IMG/VR virus record: IMGVR_UViG_3300045284_000289
Coordinates: 1-59,061 of that record
Strand: one strand, 5' to 3'
Source of the DNA: a virus
Lineage: Duplodnaviria > Caudoviricetes
DNA: 59,061 nucleotides
Shown: one piece after another, positions 55,785-59,061 of the stretch
Position numbering within the stretch: position 1 is the stretch's first letter
Layout: every line of letters begins with the position of its first letter
Made by a program: the position numbers and the translations under genes
Notes under the pieces: model-generated
What the model saw: only the letters and a program-made list of their open reading frames with translations
What the model was told of the DNA's origin: nothing
Databases searched by the model: none

Positions 55785-56260
55785 CCGGTCACCGGCGTGG
55801 TGTTGTCCATCAGCTCGGTGCGGAACCGGCGGTGCCCGGCCGGTTCGTGGTAGTCGTGGTGCGCGAACGCCGTCACGACACAGTCCATGGCCGACCGCAG
55901 GGGCTGCACAGGTGACCCGGGCACGGCAAGCGCGTGTACCAGGTCGAGCACGGGCACCGCGTCGACGGCGTACTCGGGGTGGCAGTCCACACACACCTGC
56001 ACATACCAGTGCCCCCACTGCCGGGCCTCCCGCTGCCGGGCACGGTCAGCGCGGGTCAGGACCCGCCGGGTGCGCCAGAACGCGGTGTGGCCGGTGCCCT
56101 GTTCGTGTGCGGTGATCCACGTTTCCATGTCGGCCACGGTCAGGAAGGGGTGTACCGCGGTGCTCAACGGCGCGTCGTCCTCGCGTGTCAGGTCGCTGTC
56201 GGGCCACTGCGGGTCGCAGTCCAGGCAGACCGCGGTGTACTCGTCGGGTCGTGGGGTCAT
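55781..56260 (-). CDS. Tandem CxDC...H...GH Zn-binding protein
   Basis: VCLDC..AHEQGTGH; VCVDC..HEPAGH. Confidence 0.7.
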   Translation of the reverse strand: MTPRPDEYTAVCLDCDPQWPDSDLTREDDAPLSTAVHPFLTVADMETWITAHEQGTGHTAFWRTRRVLTRADRARQREARQWGHWYVQVCVDCHPEYAVDAVPVLDLVHALAVPGSPVQPLRSAMDCVVTAFAHHDYHEPAGHRRFRTELMDNTTPVTG

Positions 56261-56494
56261 CCGGGGATCCTGTTCGTCGTGGGTGGCGGTGTACGGCGTG
56301 CCGCCCGCCGGGCCGGCGGGTGAGGGGCGTGGTCGTCATGCCGAGCCCGGCGACCAGCACGATCAGCGGCACGATGGCGACCGGCAGGGCGTAGTCGTCG
56401 CGGCCGAGCTGGTGCAACAGCACCGCCACCATCTCCAGGTCGGCCACCGCGGCCAGGATCAGCGCGGCGGCCAGCCGCCGCAACCACACCCGGG

Positions 56495-56941
56495 TCACGG
56501 GGTCCACTCCCACAGGGGGCTGCGCACGTCCATGGGCACGGCGGGGCCGTAGGTGACGGTGTCGCCGTCGGTGTAGGTGACGGTGGTTTCGTTGAGGTGG
56601 TGAGCGACGGCGACCACGACCCGGGGCCTGACCGGTTGGTTCGGGTCGCGGGGGTGGGCGCCGGCGTGGAGGACCACGTACCCGGGTCGCAGGGCCCGCG
56701 CGGTCAGGAGGGACTCGGCGGTCAGCGGCGCGGCCAGGGCCCGCTCGGTGTACTCATCGAGGGCGCGGTCGTGGAGGGTGCCCTGCGCGGTGGCCCGCAT
56801 GGCCCGCAGGGTCACGGCGGCCACGTTCCAGCCGTGGTGGGGGTCGCGGAGCTGTTGGACGGCCAGGTCCGCGATCGCGCCGAGCGGGATGGTGGCGAAG
56901 TGGGTGAGGTAGGTGTGGTCGGTGATGGCGGGGGCGGCCAT
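56495..56941 (-). CDS. Hypothetical protein
   Basis: AAGGAG RBS. Confidence 0.7.
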   Translation of the reverse strand: MAAPAITDHTYLTHFATIPLGAIADLAVQQLRDPHHGWNVAAVTLRAMRATAQGTLHDRALDEYTERALAAPLTAESLLTARALRPGYVVLHAGAHPRDPNQPVRPRVVVAVAHHLNETTVTYTDGDTVTYGPAVPMDVRSPLWEWTP

Positions 56942-57043
56942 GACGGGTGGGGGCTCCTTACCGTGGTGAGGGGTGTGTGGTGGTGAAGCGGCGCAGGGAG
57001 GGTCGGCCGTTACCGGGGAGGGCCGGCCGACCCCCCACAGCGG

Positions 57044-57595
57044 CTACCGCTGGCGGGTGTACTCGGCGGTAGCGCGGCGGTGCAGCTCGTCACGCAGGGT
57101 CTGGCGGGTGATGATGGGCCGCAACGCGTACTCGATCTGCGACTCCAGGTACTGGTCCAGGATCAGCCCCAGCTGGGCGACGCTGTGGTGTTCCAGCCAC
57201 GCCGTGCGGCGTGCGTCCAGCTGCGCGGCCCGCCTGCGTAGTTCGTCGCGGGCGACCGCGTTCAAGTACCGGTCGGTGACCGGGTGCGGGCCTTCCACGC
57301 CGGCCCACCGGGCCAACGCCGTGAACGGTTCGTTGGCCATCCAGGTCCTGGCGTTGTCGCGGCTGGTGGCGTACCCGGACGCCTGGTACGCCTCGATGGC
57401 GTGGGGGTGGAGTTCGTCCATGGCGGTGTCCCGGATGGTGCGCAGAGTGGCGGGGGAGACGTAGCGGCCACCGAGCCGGGCGGCCTGGTGGCGCAGCGCT
57501 GTGATGGCCTGGTGGGCCAGGGCGGCCACGACGGTGAGGGGGTAGTCCGACAGGGCCGGGGCGGGGTCGACGTGGATGCGGGTGTGAGCGATCAT
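57044..57595 (-). CDS. Helical-repeat protein, paralog of 5872-6672
   Basis: RDELRRRA / LGLILD / RDELHRRA. Confidence 0.7.
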   Translation of the reverse strand: MIAHTRIHVDPAPALSDYPLTVVAALAHQAITALRHQAARLGGRYVSPATLRTIRDTAMDELHPHAIEAYQASGYATSRDNARTWMANEPFTALARWAGVEGPHPVTDRYLNAVARDELRRRAAQLDARRTAWLEHHSVAQLGLILDQYLESQIEYALRPIITRQTLRDELHRRATAEYTRQR

Positions 57596-57690
57596 GGTGT
57601 GAACTTCCGTCTAGGGGGACGGGGGTTTCCCGGTCGATCCGTCTCATGGGTCGACCGGGTTTTTCGTGCCTGGCATGTTCGACACCTAGA

Positions 57691-57758
57691 ACGCTACACA
57701 CCGACCCTCACCCACGCAATACACGTCTGTTGTTTATCTGATCTGTGTTCTGTAGCGT
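57691..57758. promoter_or_regulatory. Back-to-back sigma-70/HrdB-type promoters
   Basis: Leftward TTGCGT-17-TAGCGT (57719 to 57691); rightward TTGTTT-17-TAGCGT (57730-57758), 6 nt before ATG 57765. Confidence 0.75.
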
Positions 57759-57764
57759 GGCGCC

Positions 57765-58019
57765 ATGGTCAAGTTTGATGGTGCGCTACTCGCCGAACAG
57801 CGCATGGGAGCACGCATGACACAGCGTGATCTCGGTGTGCGGCTCGGCGTACCGCCACGTGTCGCGCAGCAGACCGTGAGCAGGTGGGAGCGCAACGCTG
57901 TAGTTCCCGAGACGAACACACTTCCCGTGCTGGCGGCCCTACTCGGCTGCCGCATCACAGATTTCTTCCGCGTACAGCAGGACCAGGAAGAGCCTGCCGC
58001 GCCCGCGGGCGCGGCATGA
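57765..58019 (+). CDS. Cro-like XRE HTH regulator
   Basis: MTQRDLGVRLG..QQTVSRWERN..P..LAALLGC. Confidence 0.88.
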   Translation: MVKFDGALLAEQRMGARMTQRDLGVRLGVPPRVAQQTVSRWERNAVVPETNTLPVLAALLGCRITDFFRVQQDQEEPAAPAGAA

Positions 58020-58354
58020 AGGAATCCGAGATTCGCCGCGCCCGCGTCCTGAGCTACCCAGACTTGGCCCGTCGGTTGACCGAGCCGCCGCTCAACTTTC
58101 GGCGGGCCGAGGACTGGACTGGGTGGATACCCCCGCACGCCCTGGAAACCGACGCGTGTGACCACTGCCGTGCCGACCCCGGGAAAGGCGGCTGCCGCCG
58201 CCCCGGCCACACCGCGCGCGTCAACCACTCCGTGCGCCGCGCCGCGCTCGTCGACATCGCCGCCGAAGCGCTACGCCGGGCCCACACTGCGCCAGACACG
58301 AGCACGGGCCCTTCCGTCGTCTACCCGGAAGGGCCCGTGCCCACACGTCCCTAA
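58016..58354 (+). CDS. Zn-finger protein
   Basis: ACDHCRADPGKGGC..H..R. Confidence 0.7.
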   Translation: MKESEIRRARVLSYPDLARRLTEPPLNFRRAEDWTGWIPPHALETDACDHCRADPGKGGCRRPGHTARVNHSVRRAALVDIAAEALRRAHTAPDTSTGPSVVYPEGPVPTRP

Positions 58355-58417
58355 GAGGTTCCCAGGCCGCCCCTCCTGGTCCCCTCGCACAACATTCACA
58401 CGTCGGGAAGGTATCAG

Positions 58418-59061
58418 GTGGCATACGGACTAGTCGCGGAAGTACTGGACCACTCACCAGCGGGCCTCACTCCCGCCGAGCGACTCGTCATGGTCGCGAT
58501 CGCTGAGTACGTCCATACCGCGGCCTACCAACAAGGGAGCCGGGAATGCGCACGCACGGCCGTGGATATCGCCCGACGCGCAGGGGTGAAACCGAAGGGT
58601 CTCAAGGACGTCCTGGAACGCCTCGCTAAACGGGGCATCGCCCTGCGCGTGGCGCTCACCATCGGCAAGGACGGGCGTCCCGTCTACGCCGTTCCCGGGC
58701 GCGTCACCACCTACCGGATACCGCCCCTCACCCCGCCGGCTGACTGCGCCTGCGATACATGCCTGAACACCGGCAAATCGGTCATACCGATCACGGAAGT
58801 TATCCACAAGGGGCGGTCACAACCGCCCCTAACCGACAGCAAGGGGCGGCTACAACCGCCCCTAGGGGCGGTCACAACCGCGCCAGGGGCGGTCACAACC
58901 GCCCCTGGCGCGGTCACAACCGCCCCTAACCGGGGTCGTACCGGGAATACCGGGGGGGGCGCGCGCCACCAACCAGCCTCACCCGACGATCCGAACATCC
59001 CACCCCCCCCCCCCGGGCCGCGCCCCGCCACCCCCCCCCCCGCCCCCCCCGGCCGCGCCGG
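58418..59061 (+). CDS. Replication initiator with N-terminal winged HTH, truncated at the window end and absent from the ORF track
   Basis: Manual translation VAYGLVAEVLDHSPAGLTPAERLVMVAIAE..DIARRAGVKPKGLKDVLERLAKRG; GGGAAGG RBS; internal iterons. Confidence 0.75.
   Translation, partial: MAYGLVAEVLDHSPAGLTPAERLVMVAIAEYVHTAAYQQGSRECARTAVDIARRAGVKPKGLKDVLERLAKRGIALRVALTIGKDGRPVYAVPGRVTTYRIPPLTPPADCACDTCLNTGKSVIPITEVIHKGRSQPPLTDSKGRLQPPLGAVTTAPGAVTTAPGAVTTAPNRGRTGNTGGGARHQPASPDDPNIPPPPPGPRPATPPPAPPGRA
58800..58927. repeat. Putative origin: DnaA box plus five palindromic iterons
   Basis: TTATCCACA 58800-58808, then AGGGGCGGTCACAACCGCCCCT-type units at 58809, 58842, 58864, 58885 and 58906. Confidence 0.8.

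Noticed and set aside
58990-59061. Poly-C tracts at the right end
   Set aside because: Probably low-quality contig-end sequence; not interpreted

Overview
High-GC, apparently near-complete siphovirus-type actinobacteriophage genome; an actinomycete host is inferred from GC content and gene content. The two window ends appear to fall inside one replication-initiator gene, which suggests a circular map. Layout: small accessory genes (0.3-19.7 kb) with many paralogous Zn-finger and membrane proteins, an RHH regulator with repeated operator/promoter elements, a polynucleotide kinase and a DUF2637-like gene. Next is a minus-strand Ro60/TROVE (rsr) gene preceded by four tandem Y RNA genes (21.9-22.5 kb); three are tRNA mimics and one of these keeps an intact Asn anticodon arm. 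Then come PadR, terminase, portal-MuF fusion, Clp protease, HK97 capsid, tail, tape measure and lysis genes (22.6-46.5 kb), followed by a minus-strand recombination/DNA metabolism arm (clamp-like, RuvC, annealing protein, RecE-like, DnaQ; 46.6-57.6 kb). The right end holds back-to-back promoters, a Cro-like gene and a Rep gene containing a DnaA box plus five palindromic iterons. No integrase, DNA polymerase, ParAB or CRISPR array is recognisable. The top candidate system is the phage Ro60 plus heterogeneous Y RNA array, with a PNK nearby. All family assignments are by motif recognition only; no searches were run.
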